This document shows, one piece after another, positions 1 to 8,985 of a DNA stretch of 36,934 nucleotides; the first letter of the stretch is position 1; every line of letters begins with the position of its first letter. The position numbers and the translations under genes were made by a program. The DNA lies in IMG/VR virus record IMGVR_UViG_3300020045_001829, positions 1 through 36,934 of that record; one strand, 5' to 3'. The notes under the pieces were generated by a model, which did no database searches, had not been told where the DNA came from, and saw only the letters and a list, made by a program, of their open reading frames with translations. Source of the DNA: a virus. Taxonomy: Duplodnaviria; Caudoviricetes.

Positions 1-121
1 ATGTAGTCGCACCAACGTTTTGAATAATTCCAGAGATATTATTCCCTGAACTTGTATCCATGTAAACCGCAAAAGTTGTTGAGGATGCTGCTGCGATTGT
101 TGTTGTTCCGTTTATTGATTG
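1..121. repeat. Terminal direct repeat, left copy (identical to 36814-36934); probable circular-assembly overlap
   Basis: ATGTAGTCGCACC...TTTATTGATTG occurs at both ends, and an ORF reads in frame through the junction. Confidence 0.95.
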
Positions 122-1381
122 GTAGATACACCTGTTTCCACTACTATTCCAAATGCCATCTGAAGATGTTGTTGGTGTAGCTGCTGCATTACTCGTGAAT
201 CCACTCTTCGCAAAAATTCTTATTATCACAGGAGTTCTTCCAAGACCATGCGTTATTGATACGGTTCCTGATGCTGTTGGTGTGTTACCTACTCCCGAAG
301 TTGATGAATTTACTAAGTATGTTGACGTATCAACGGACAACGTTCCATCGCCTGAAGACGTCTTCACGAATCCGTTTGACGTAAGCGAACCCAATTTCTT
401 ATTCGTTAATGATTCCGCGCCGGCTAATGTTGCAATGTCATTGTCTGATAAAGCGGTGTTCAAATCCGCCGTTGTGAACGATCCCAAAACCGTTGCGTTG
501 GATCCTTGCGCACAAGTGATTGCGCCTGTCAACGCGGCGCGTGTCAATAATGGTGTCGCGTCAACATAAACCAAAGTTGTGTCAACTATTGCGCCGACCG
601 CGTCCTGTGCTAATTCATCGGTGTATTGCGTTACATCACCAACGAAAAGAAAATTTCCATCGGAACAGGATGTGTTGTATTCCGCCTTCGTTCCTGATAT
701 CCCGACAATGGTTGTCTGATCGCCCGTGTTTGTTCCTGTGGTGTTCAGGTTTTGTGAATATACGCTGTCATATGTTCCTCTGAAATAGAGTATCATATCA
801 TTCAGAGTATATTTTTTTAATTGATTTGCACCGACATCACCGATTGCAAAGAAATCATTTGCATTTGGTGTTGCATCTCCCGAAGACGTTATCAGTAATC
901 CAATAGACAAATCATCTTCATCACCTGAATTCGCACCTGAAGTAAACGACAATGTCACCAAATCCGCGTCCGTCACAAATCTTTTGTTCGCTGAATCCGT
1001 TTGGTTTGCTGTGGTATCTATTCCTAAGTTCGTCCGTGATGTTGCCGCGCTTGCCACGTCGGAAAGATTGTTCGCCGCCAACATATCACCGCCGCCGGCT
1101 AATGTTGTGAATTCAATCGCGGTTTCACCGGCATTCACGCGCAAAACTTTCAACGCCTGACCAACGTATGACGCCGGAACGTCCGACAATGACGTGAACG
1201 TTGACGCGCCTGACGGACTTGTCAGATACGACAACGACGCAAACAACGAAATGTTGTTGCCGCGCTTCTGAAGACCGGTGTCTGATTCGTGTCCGATTTG
1301 CCATGTCCGCAAAATATACGTTGACGCCGCCCAATCCGCCGCCGTTTTATGTATGTGCTGAAGAACTGTTTCGTCTGTCAT
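1..1381 (-). CDS. Tail fibre / receptor-binding protein, 5' part (481 aa in total, continues at 36813-36749)
   Basis: Absent from the ORF track; translated by hand. ATG at 1381 overlaps the upstream stop (ATGA). The N-terminus TAADWAASTYILRTWQIGHESDTGLQKRG resembles an Mtd_N/hyaluronidase-N domain. It has an NNLSDVASAATSRTNLG fibre motif and is S/T/G-rich. Confidence 0.85.
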   Translation of the reverse strand, partial: MTDETVLQHIHKTAADWAASTYILRTWQIGHESDTGLQKRGNNISLFASLSYLTSPSGASTFTSLSDVPASYVGQALKVLRVNAGETAIEFTTLAGGGDMLAANNLSDVASAATSRTNLGIDTTANQTDSANKRFVTDADLVTLSFTSGANSGDEDDLSIGLLITSSGDATPNANDFFAIGDVGANQLKKYTLNDMILYFRGTYDSVYSQNLNTTGTNTGDQTTIVGISGTKAEYNTSCSDGNFLFVGDVTQYTDELAQDAVGAIVDTTLVYVDATPLLTRAALTGAITCAQGSNATVLGSFTTADLNTALSDNDIATLAGAESLTNKKLGSLTSNGFVKTSSGDGTLSVDTSTYLVNSSTSGVGNTPTASGTVSITHGLGRTPVIIRIFAKSGFTSNAAATPTTSSDGIWNSSGNRCIYQSINGTTTIAAASSTTFAVYMDTSSGNNISGIIQNVGATT

Positions 1382-3327
1382 AACCGTATCAATTCAACCG
1401 TTGTCAATTCGTTTGCCTTAAAGTTTGAAATTTTATTCACGTAAAAAAACGCCGCGTGTTGTTCCAAGAAAACAGGAATGAAATGTGAAAACGTGACGAC
1501 ATCAACGAGATTCAAGTTTAACTTTGCCGTGACGACCTTCATCCGGTTGAACAGTTGTTCAAAATCCGAATAGTTTTCCAACAATGAATTCGCAAATCCT
1601 AAATTGTTGACCTTTCCTTCGTCGATGAAATAAGCCAACGGAACGTTCGTGATGAACGGTGACGCCGAAGTCAAATTTGTTGTGTCGTTCAAAATAATAT
1701 TGTCGCCGGTGATGTCGGATGTATTGTCATACAACACGCGCGGAAAGGTGTCGATTGCAAAATTGCCGTCTTCGTCAATCTTCCGGATCAACGGAACCTT
1801 CAGCCCCATCAATTTTGTTGTCATCTTTGTCGCGGCAAACGGAAGTTCAACAACCGTCACTTCGTTCGGCAACGTTTCATCATCAATTGAAAAGTAGTGG
1901 TCTGCGAATCCTTCCGTCACGTCGGTGTCGTTTGAATCAACGGAATATTTGAAATAATTTTTTTGACCATAGTTCCCAATTCGAAACGCTATCTTCGAAC
2001 TATTCATGTCAAGTTTGTCCGACCAATCCTTCGCAACGGAACGGTTGTCGGATATTGTTTCGAAGGTTGTGAATGACACATCCTTTGTGTGTTCGTCGGT
2101 TTCAACAAACAAACAAAACATGTTCGCAATTGCCTTGATGAATTCCGTTTGTGACATGTCAGGCAAGAACCGGTTGAAGTCCCATGTACTGAAATCCAAT
2201 TGCGGCAACATATCAAGACCGGCGGCAAAATTGTATTCAAACGCAACCGCCGTCAGGTCGTATAATTGCGACGGTTTGATGTGCGCAAAGAATGTCTTTC
2301 CGGTTCCTGAATGTTCTGTTCCGGTGATTTCACCGCCGATGATTCTGACTTTGCAATCCTTGACGTTGATGTATAAAAAATGATCCGTGAGTGATCCGGT
2401 ATAAGTTGCATAAATTCCGGTTGTGTCAACACTCCATTCGCCGTCACCCTGTCCGTCGGTATGACTGACAAAGAAATCCCATGCGCCGGAAGTTGTTTCC
2501 GCCATTCCCATTCCGAACACCGAATTTCCAATCGTCCAATCAACTATTTCATACCTGACAACAATTTCAAATCCCCATTCTTCGACCGCTTGCGCCGTCA
2601 GATACGCGTCAGGATCCGTCACCGTCAACGACAACCCAAGATTTTTCCAATTGCCTGTTGTCAAGTCCGAATCGGTGTTGTAATATACCGCGTCTTCATC
2701 GTTGGTAATGAACGGAAGTAATAATTTTGTGAATTTGTCTTCGGAAAAGATGTCGCCTGAATACGTGAATCCGGCTTCCGTGAATATCTTGTCAAGGATT
2801 GTTGAAAAGAAAATTGACGGTCGTAAATCCGAACAATTGATGTCGCGCGATCCTTCAGCAAATGCACCGTAATCAATGAATGAATATTTATATCCCGTCA
2901 CATTTGTTCGCGAATCGTCAATCGCTGTCAATGACCAAAGGTGATTGAGTTCTGACAAGTCAAGGTCGGACAATTTCAATTCAGCGATGACGGAAAAGAA
3001 ATCAAGATTTCCGGAATAGATCGTCACGGAATAAAATTCATCCGCTTCGTCAATCACCGCGAATCCGTTCGGAACGATTTCAACACCGTTGTCGATGAAC
3101 TTGCAATCACTTTGACGGTATGGTTTCGCTGATCCGGATTGAACACGATCCGACACGCCGAAGATAGCTTGATTTGTTGCCGTCTTTGGTATCTTGAATT
3201 TGTTTGAACGGTCTGAATTCCGTGTTGATATATCGCCAATGTCATGAATCTGTTTTGTGATTGCGATGACGGTGTCGGCGGACAAATCGACAAGTTGTTC
3301 AGCGATGAAAAGTTGTTTGTTGTTCAT
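1378..3327 (-). CDS. Tail tip / baseplate hub protein
   Basis: 649 aa acidic protein between tail genes; LPDMSQTEFIKAIANMF and DWSDKLD motifs are typical of Bacteroidota phage tail proteins. Confidence 0.65.
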   Translation of the reverse strand: MNNKQLFIAEQLVDLSADTVIAITKQIHDIGDISTRNSDRSNKFKIPKTATNQAIFGVSDRVQSGSAKPYRQSDCKFIDNGVEIVPNGFAVIDEADEFYSVTIYSGNLDFFSVIAELKLSDLDLSELNHLWSLTAIDDSRTNVTGYKYSFIDYGAFAEGSRDINCSDLRPSIFFSTILDKIFTEAGFTYSGDIFSEDKFTKLLLPFITNDEDAVYYNTDSDLTTGNWKNLGLSLTVTDPDAYLTAQAVEEWGFEIVVRYEIVDWTIGNSVFGMGMAETTSGAWDFFVSHTDGQGDGEWSVDTTGIYATYTGSLTDHFLYINVKDCKVRIIGGEITGTEHSGTGKTFFAHIKPSQLYDLTAVAFEYNFAAGLDMLPQLDFSTWDFNRFLPDMSQTEFIKAIANMFCLFVETDEHTKDVSFTTFETISDNRSVAKDWSDKLDMNSSKIAFRIGNYGQKNYFKYSVDSNDTDVTEGFADHYFSIDDETLPNEVTVVELPFAATKMTTKLMGLKVPLIRKIDEDGNFAIDTFPRVLYDNTSDITGDNIILNDTTNLTSASPFITNVPLAYFIDEGKVNNLGFANSLLENYSDFEQLFNRMKVVTAKLNLNLVDVVTFSHFIPVFLEQHAAFFYVNKISNFKANELTTVELIRL

Positions 3328-3734
3328 TGAACGATTGTCATTTTTGGCGACGGTTTTTGTTTCTTCCGGAACAACCTGTCGTGAATCTTTTCAAGCAATG
3401 TTTTTTCGTGAAAGAATCCGAATATCCTGAACGCTTCACCGATGTCAAACGTCACGTTGTTCGGATTAGCCTTTCGCAATATCTTCACGCCGTCACGACA
3501 CGCCACTTCGAACGCGTCACCGTAAACCGTGAATGGCGTCATTGAATTCTTCAGTTTTGTATAGTCTTGCCATTTGCCGTTGTACCATGCATACAATTCG
3601 CGGATCCGGTCTTCGTCTTTACCTGAACAATCTTCGATGAATTTTTCGATCAGTCGTTGTAATTTCAAACGGTTTTCGGCGTGAAAGTTATTTCCGGCGC
3701 GGCGGAAATTGCGTTCGGTTTTGAATTCTGTCAT
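3324..3734 (-). CDS. Hypothetical protein (136 aa, basic)
   Basis: ATGA-coupled to both neighbours. Confidence 0.7.
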   Translation of the reverse strand: MTEFKTERNFRRAGNNFHAENRLKLQRLIEKFIEDCSGKDEDRIRELYAWYNGKWQDYTKLKNSMTPFTVYGDAFEVACRDGVKILRKANPNNVTFDIGEAFRIFGFFHEKTLLEKIHDRLFRKKQKPSPKMTIVQ

Positions 3735-4042
3735 GTGTTTATATTTAAGGAATACTGAACAATTTTATCGTCATACAATTCACATTCGTCAGGCGTGGCA
3801 ACGCGGAACATGGTCGAAGGAATCGAAACAACATCGTCAAGGTCAATGATGTTTTCGCATATCGCGCACCGTGTAAACTTTCCGCCGTGTGTGATTCCGA
3901 TGTCAACATGAACACCTGACGCGCCTTCACATCCGCCGCAATACCTTACGCCTTTGCAACGGTATATTCCGCCGCGTTGCAATCCCAACGGAAGAAAATC
4001 GTCATACATGAAAACAATTTTGTCACCTTCCTTGACATTCAT
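3731..4042 (-). CDS. Hypothetical zinc-binding protein
   Basis: CGGC and CAIC pairs; fills the operon gap. Confidence 0.65.
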   Translation of the reverse strand: MNVKEGDKIVFMYDDFLPLGLQRGGIYRCKGVRYCGGCEGASGVHVDIGITHGGKFTRCAICENIIDLDDVVSIPSTMFRVATPDECELYDDKIVQYSLNINT

Positions 4043-4054
4043 GTCATTACGATT

Positions 4055-6145
4055 TTATTGTGTTTGCAAATATCGTTCAGGCAATGAAATTTTAAACGTC
4101 ACATCAATTTTGTTTTCGTCCGTTTTTTCAACAAGAAATGATCCGGAATTCACGCGGACACCTTTCCAAACCGGCGAACCGTCCGTGTCATATTCAACGA
4201 ACATCATCACTTTGGGCGATGAAAACAAATACTTGATTCCTTCCATTTGCGCGACCGTCAGTTGTTCCGCGCCGATCAGATATTCGTCACGCGCTTCTTT
4301 CTTCAATACTTCCGTCCGTGATGTTGCCGCCGCGATGTCTGAAATATATTGTTCGAATGTTTTTTCACCGCCGACAATCATTGAAATATCTTGCGCCGTA
4401 TGAAATAGCCAATAATCAAATCCGCCCAAAGGATTAAGCCAACACAAGAAAACAGGGTTGTCAACGCAAACCGGATCAACAACAACGGTTTTTGTTTCGC
4501 TCAAAGCGATCGAACCGAACGTGTCTTCCGTGTCGCTTTCAACGTATTCCGGCGCTGTTGTCGTACATTGTTCCATGTCAATAATGTCAAAACCGATATC
4601 GTCGTCACCTGTTCTTCCTTGCGCCTTGAAATGTATTCCGTTTGGTCGTGTTGCCGCCTGATTCCAATATTCAGGACGAATCGTCAACGTAAAGATTCCG
4701 TAAATTGTTCCGGATGTGTCAAGCGGAATTTCAGGATTGACCGCCGATGAATCCATGATATAAATTCCTTCGCCGTTGTTGCTTGTCACGGTGACGCCGT
4801 TCAACCGAAGACTGATTTGACAGGTCTTGTTGTTTGCGGTATCAACTAAATAAATAAAAGCGCGCGCGCGAATTGGTGTTGATACCTGAAGTAATTGAAG
4901 GCAATGAAAACTTAAATAATAAACTTCGTTTGAATCAATTGAAATGTTTTGATATACAACTTGTTCGCCGCTTGCCTCTGATCCGGAAACACCGGTGAAT
5001 TCCATCAAATTATCACCGAAGTCAATGACCTGACTATTCGATCCGGTGACATCCCATTCGAAGGAAGGATCCATCGGATCGGTGATTGCGAAGTCATGGT
5101 TTTGAATGATGTTGGTTCCTGACGGAACGCAATCTTCACCGCCTGAACGCAACGTCACCGAAACAAATTTCGTTTCGTCCGAATAGTTTTCTTCCAACCG
5201 TATTCTGTTTACATAGTCGGCGAAATAATCAAGTTCGATTCGTGTTTCTTCAATGAAGGTTGAATTGCTGTCGGTCAATTCTTCAATCTTTTTCACTTCC
5301 GTGATGTCGTCGTTCACAATGATTGACAGGTCAAAAGGATATCCGGTGAAATACACCGGTTGTTCAAACATGGTCATGAATTGCGCGCGTGATCCGTCAT
5401 AAATTGGTGACGTTTCATCCGCCGGAAACATCACGTGTTCGCCGAAGTTTTGTCCGTATGTTTGACCGATTTGTTTGACACCGTTGACAACGCCGTGTTT
5501 GTTGTCGTCAGTCAGTTCAGACCAATCCGTCACGCCGTTTTCCGCCCAATATTCACGGACTTGAATGTTGTAAGGTTGTCCGATGTTTTCCGCCTGAAAT
5601 ACGCGTGAAAGATAGTCGGATTCATTCGCCGCCGTCACTATTGTCGCCAACCATGCCGAAAGATCCGCCGTGACAAGTCCTGTTGATGAAGGTCGGAAGC
5701 GCGCGTATTCGTCAGAAATTTCAACCGGTGTTCCTGTTGAGTATTCCAAAATTTTGACTTCAACAAAATATCCGGTTCGTCCGCTAAATAAGTTGACGAA
5801 TCCCTGTGCAACAAGCGAACCGCCGGTGTACGGTGTCGCGTCAATGACGATCGTTGTGACCGCCGGCGAACCGCTATATTCAAACGATTCGATTGTATAA
5901 TGTCCGTCGAAGTAACCGTCAACGAACAAATAAATTGTGTCACCGACCGTCAATTCCGCCGTGATGTCTTCATCTATTGTCAGCAACACGCCGCCACCGG
6001 TTCCGGTGTTTTCTTCGACAAGTGAAAGTTGGTAGTCTTCACGCTGAATTTCGAAAATTGTCGGTTGGTGTGCTGAATTCCAACGCGATGTTTGCGGAAT
6101 GTCTTCCGTGACGGTCTGTTGTGGTCGTGTGATTATTTCGATCAT
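4055..6145 (-). CDS. Distal tail / baseplate protein with probable inserted carbohydrate-binding domain
   Basis: 696 aa acidic; C-terminal FLCWLNPLGGFDYWLF and YLFSSPKVMM motifs of Bacteroidota phage tail proteins. Confidence 0.65.
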   Translation of the reverse strand: MIEIITRPQQTVTEDIPQTSRWNSAHQPTIFEIQREDYQLSLVEENTGTGGGVLLTIDEDITAELTVGDTIYLFVDGYFDGHYTIESFEYSGSPAVTTIVIDATPYTGGSLVAQGFVNLFSGRTGYFVEVKILEYSTGTPVEISDEYARFRPSSTGLVTADLSAWLATIVTAANESDYLSRVFQAENIGQPYNIQVREYWAENGVTDWSELTDDNKHGVVNGVKQIGQTYGQNFGEHVMFPADETSPIYDGSRAQFMTMFEQPVYFTGYPFDLSIIVNDDITEVKKIEELTDSNSTFIEETRIELDYFADYVNRIRLEENYSDETKFVSVTLRSGGEDCVPSGTNIIQNHDFAITDPMDPSFEWDVTGSNSQVIDFGDNLMEFTGVSGSEASGEQVVYQNISIDSNEVYYLSFHCLQLLQVSTPIRARAFIYLVDTANNKTCQISLRLNGVTVTSNNGEGIYIMDSSAVNPEIPLDTSGTIYGIFTLTIRPEYWNQAATRPNGIHFKAQGRTGDDDIGFDIIDMEQCTTTAPEYVESDTEDTFGSIALSETKTVVVDPVCVDNPVFLCWLNPLGGFDYWLFHTAQDISMIVGGEKTFEQYISDIAAATSRTEVLKKEARDEYLIGAEQLTVAQMEGIKYLFSSPKVMMFVEYDTDGSPVWKGVRVNSGSFLVEKTDENKIDVTFKISLPERYLQTQ

Positions 6146-6678
6146 TTTTTGATTCGTGTGTTTTGAATGACTTGCGACAACAATAATCGTCCGGCTTTGT
6201 CGCTGAACGCCTCAACAAATGTGTCAATCCTTTTTTCGTTCACCGGATCCGAAATGATTCCGGAACGACCACCGCGCAAATTGCGGAACATTTTATTTCC
6301 TTCGCGGTGAATCTTTATTGCGATAGCCCATGACATTTGTTTTGTTGTCATCGCCTTAATTATCAACGAACCGTCGCGTTGTTTGATCGCCTTCGTCCAA
6401 CGGAAACCTTTCAATTCAATCCATTTCTGAATCGCCTGTTGTAATGTTTGACCGCCTTTGTTTCCGTTCACCGTTGGCGGACGTCCGTGTTCGAATGTAT
6501 AGATGTATGACGGCGCAACAAGTTGACCGGACACGCGCGCGAAGAAACCGTTTGCAATTGATTGTGTCCTGACTTCAATTTCGCGTGTCGTTTTTCCGGA
6601 CACGACAGGAATATCGGACTTGATTTCTTCAGCCAACGCCGACAGGAATTGATTCAATATTTGTTCAATTTCCGTCAT
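6142..6678 (-). CDS. Neck / tail-completion protein (HK97 gp10-like)
   Basis: PVVSGKT, YTFEHGRPP, IQKWIELKG and WAIAIKIHREG motifs; position among tail genes. Confidence 0.65.
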   Translation of the reverse strand: MTEIEQILNQFLSALAEEIKSDIPVVSGKTTREIEVRTQSIANGFFARVSGQLVAPSYIYTFEHGRPPTVNGNKGGQTLQQAIQKWIELKGFRWTKAIKQRDGSLIIKAMTTKQMSWAIAIKIHREGNKMFRNLRGGRSGIISDPVNEKRIDTFVEAFSDKAGRLLLSQVIQNTRIKK

Positions 6679-6935
6679 GGAATCGGATTCGGTTTAAGTG
6701 TGATGTTATTCCACTTCCTTTTATTCATCGCGTCAAAGTCAATATCAATGTTGTTGTCAAGACAATATTTTTTTGCCTTTTCAACCATTTTTTCGGTGAA
6801 CGCAAATCTTCCGTTGTCGGTTTCGTTGACATACGGATTGAACATTTTGTTTCGTCTTCGTTTTTTTCCTTCAATGAAACGACCGATCAATTCGGCGTCT
6901 TTCTTTGGAACCATTGTATAGAGTTCTTCAGCCAT
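6675..6935 (-). CDS. Hypothetical protein (86 aa)
   Basis: Tightly packed ORF, stop overlaps the next start. Confidence 0.65.
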   Translation of the reverse strand: MAEELYTMVPKKDAELIGRFIEGKKRRRNKMFNPYVNETDNGRFAFTEKMVEKAKKYCLDNNIDIDFDAMNKRKWNNITLKPNPIP

Positions 6936-6939
6936 GTCT

Positions 6940-8196
6940 TTACACTTGTTTTCCGATTGCTGTCATGTATGTTTGAATCGCATTGTAGAAAGTCAATTGA
7001 TTGATATTTCCTGATCCGATAAATTTGACGGAATAGTTTTGCGGTGTTATCATTGTTCCTGTTGATGTTCCTTCCAAATTTAATGTCGGAATGAATAGTG
7101 AACACGGCGGTCTTCCGCTTGAATTCCTTGCGACAGCGTGAACCAATACGCCGTTCTTCCAATATTCTTGGCTGATTGCGTTTGTTCGTTTTGAAACATG
7201 GAATCCGTCACGTGTCAAAGCAGCACCCATTGGCGCTGTGTTCACGCAATTGTTTTCATCGTATGTGTTATTGTCCGTATATTTATGAATCATATATGTG
7301 ACCATAGTATAGCCGATTTTTGATGCGCCTGAATCCGTTCCTGAATCCGCGCCCGAATCAGGGTGTCGTTGATATTGACCATGACTATTCGAATTCACGG
7401 TGAATTTTGTTGCGGCATCCAACGGAAGAACCGTGTCGATGTATGTTCCGGCTGAAGTATGAAACCCTTCATCAACTACAAATGACATATTGTTGACATT
7501 GATTGCAATTCCAACATCAGGATTCGCAAGTGAAACAAGTGCATTATCCTCGGTTTCGTTTGCAAACAACCAAAGCCTGTCAAGTTCTTCGAAATTTCCA
7601 TCCGCTTTTAATGTGACAAACAAATCGTTGATGATTGTTTTTCTTGCGTCCGACATCGGATCCGGCAACGCGTCGAAATACGCTTGCGCGTCAACATCGT
7701 AAACAACAGGCGGTTCCGGCGTGACAGGCGGTGAAACAATTGTTTCGTCTTCGACATCTAAACACGTTCCGTTCGCGTCAACAATCACAACGGTGACTTC
7801 CAAAAAACACCCGACAAGATTAATGTCAAACACGTGGTCAACATCGGTGATGAATTCGTTCGTCACATCCTTGATGTCGGCATATTCACGCAAACGCAAC
7901 ACGAATTCGCGCGCGGCGTTCCATGCCGAACGTTTCATGTTTTCGAACTTTTCAGGTTCCGTCGCGTCTATTTCGGCAAGATAGGCGAACAACAACTTCA
8001 TGTCAACAGTCGATTCGCGGACGTTGGTGATTGTGTTTTTGATACGCGCCTGAATAGGTTTGTCAAGGAAAACGACCGGATAGGTAAATTCATCCGCTTC
8101 GAAGTTTTGATCCGGTTTTGTTCCGTAATAATACGAAAATGAATCCGTCGTCAATGCCGCCGTGATTGTCGCGCAAATCTCTTCCGGATGAATCAT
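6940..8196 (-). CDS. Putative tail terminator fused to a C-terminal beta-rich (lectin-like) decoration domain
   Basis: ~145-aa N-domain (YPVVFLD), PPVTPEPP linker, then YDVDAQAYF...FYNAIQTYMTAIGKQV domain. Confidence 0.5.
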   Translation of the reverse strand: MIHPEEICATITAALTTDSFSYYYGTKPDQNFEADEFTYPVVFLDKPIQARIKNTITNVRESTVDMKLLFAYLAEIDATEPEKFENMKRSAWNAAREFVLRLREYADIKDVTNEFITDVDHVFDINLVGCFLEVTVVIVDANGTCLDVEDETIVSPPVTPEPPVVYDVDAQAYFDALPDPMSDARKTIINDLFVTLKADGNFEELDRLWLFANETEDNALVSLANPDVGIAINVNNMSFVVDEGFHTSAGTYIDTVLPLDAATKFTVNSNSHGQYQRHPDSGADSGTDSGASKIGYTMVTYMIHKYTDNNTYDENNCVNTAPMGAALTRDGFHVSKRTNAISQEYWKNGVLVHAVARNSSGRPPCSLFIPTLNLEGTSTGTMITPQNYSVKFIGSGNINQLTFYNAIQTYMTAIGKQV

Positions 8197-8462
8197 TTCT
8201 TGTTTTTCCTTTCCATTACTTTCTTATATCTTTTTTGAAATTCGTGTCGTTCTTTTTCCAACCATAACTTCGTGAAAATCGTTTCATATTCAATTTTAAG
8301 AATTGATTCGTACTTCAGAACGTCGCCGCCCGATAAGACGTCGATTGTTTTGAATTCTTTGAATTTATCCATCGCGTCAACCTTTGCCGCCAATTCATCC
8401 GCGTCCGGTGATGAATGAAGAAATTGTTTTTCGCGTTTTGTAACACGTTCAATTTCTTCAAA
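8193..8462 (-). CDS. Tail assembly chaperone C-terminal extension (-1 frameshift product, ~260 aa fusion with 8974-8462)
   Basis: Open -1 frame entered at a T9 run; TIDVLSGGDVLKYESIL motif; stop coupled to the next ATG. Confidence 0.7.
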   Translation of the reverse strand, partial: FEEIERVTKREKQFLHSSPDADELAAKVDAMDKFKEFKTIDVLSGGDVLKYESILKIEYETIFTKLWLEKERHEFQKRYKKVMERKNKK

Positions 8463-8974
8463 AAAAAATTGCCACATGACCACGCTTCCGATATTGACGT
8501 CTTCATCACTTCATCGACAAAGGCGTCCGCCGCTTCAGTCGAAAATTCTTTTCCGGTGACAATCGGTTGCATGTAAACGGCAACGGCAAACGGAAGACAA
8601 TTAATTGTGTTTCCGGTCTTTTCCATTATTTCAATAAGGCGGTTTTGCAACGACAACTTTTGACCGAACGATCCCTGTCCGATGTCGCGCGGAATTTTAT
8701 ATTGCTTGCCGTCAAACGTCATCACCTTGAATCGTTCAACATCCTTTTCGGTCAATGGTTTCTTCAGCCAATCCATCAACGGCAACAACTTGACGTCGAT
8801 GTCTTCATCCTTACACTTGAAAATTGTTTCATAAGACGCGCCGGAAAGAATCGACAACATTTTGATGAAGTCTTTTTGATCCCAATCGCGAAGGCGGAAA
8901 AACTGATCGACGGTGACTTCGTTCCATGATGTCGGAAATTGATACGTTTTGTCTTCGATTAGTATTTGAACCAT
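8315..8974 (-). CDS. Tail assembly chaperone (zero-frame product)
   Basis: PTSWNEVTVDQF N-terminus; NFFL slippery codons near the C-terminus. Confidence 0.7.
   Translation of the reverse strand: MVQILIEDKTYQFPTSWNEVTVDQFFRLRDWDQKDFIKMLSILSGASYETIFKCKDEDIDVKLLPLMDWLKKPLTEKDVERFKVMTFDGKQYKIPRDIGQGSFGQKLSLQNRLIEIMEKTGNTINCLPFAVAVYMQPIVTGKEFSTEAADAFVDEVMKTSISEAWSCGNFFLKKLNVLQNAKNNFFIHHRTRMNWRQRLTRWINSKNSKQSTSYRAATF
8416..8468 (-). other. Programmed -1 frameshift signal: T TTT TTT plus 3' hairpin
   Basis: AAT TTT TTT TTG (T9 at 8468-8460); perfect 11-bp inverted repeat at 8416-8426/8450-8460. Confidence 0.7.
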
Positions 8975-8985
8975 TGAATTTTAAT

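Noticed and set aside
153-783. Plus-strand ORFs 153-569 and 520-783, and most other plus-strand track ORFs
   Set aside because: Antisense shadows of well-supported minus-strand genes
1-1381. Diversity-generating retroelement, suggested by the Mtd_N-like domain
   Set aside because: No reverse transcriptase and no template/variable repeat pair seen; the only duplicate is the exact terminal overlap
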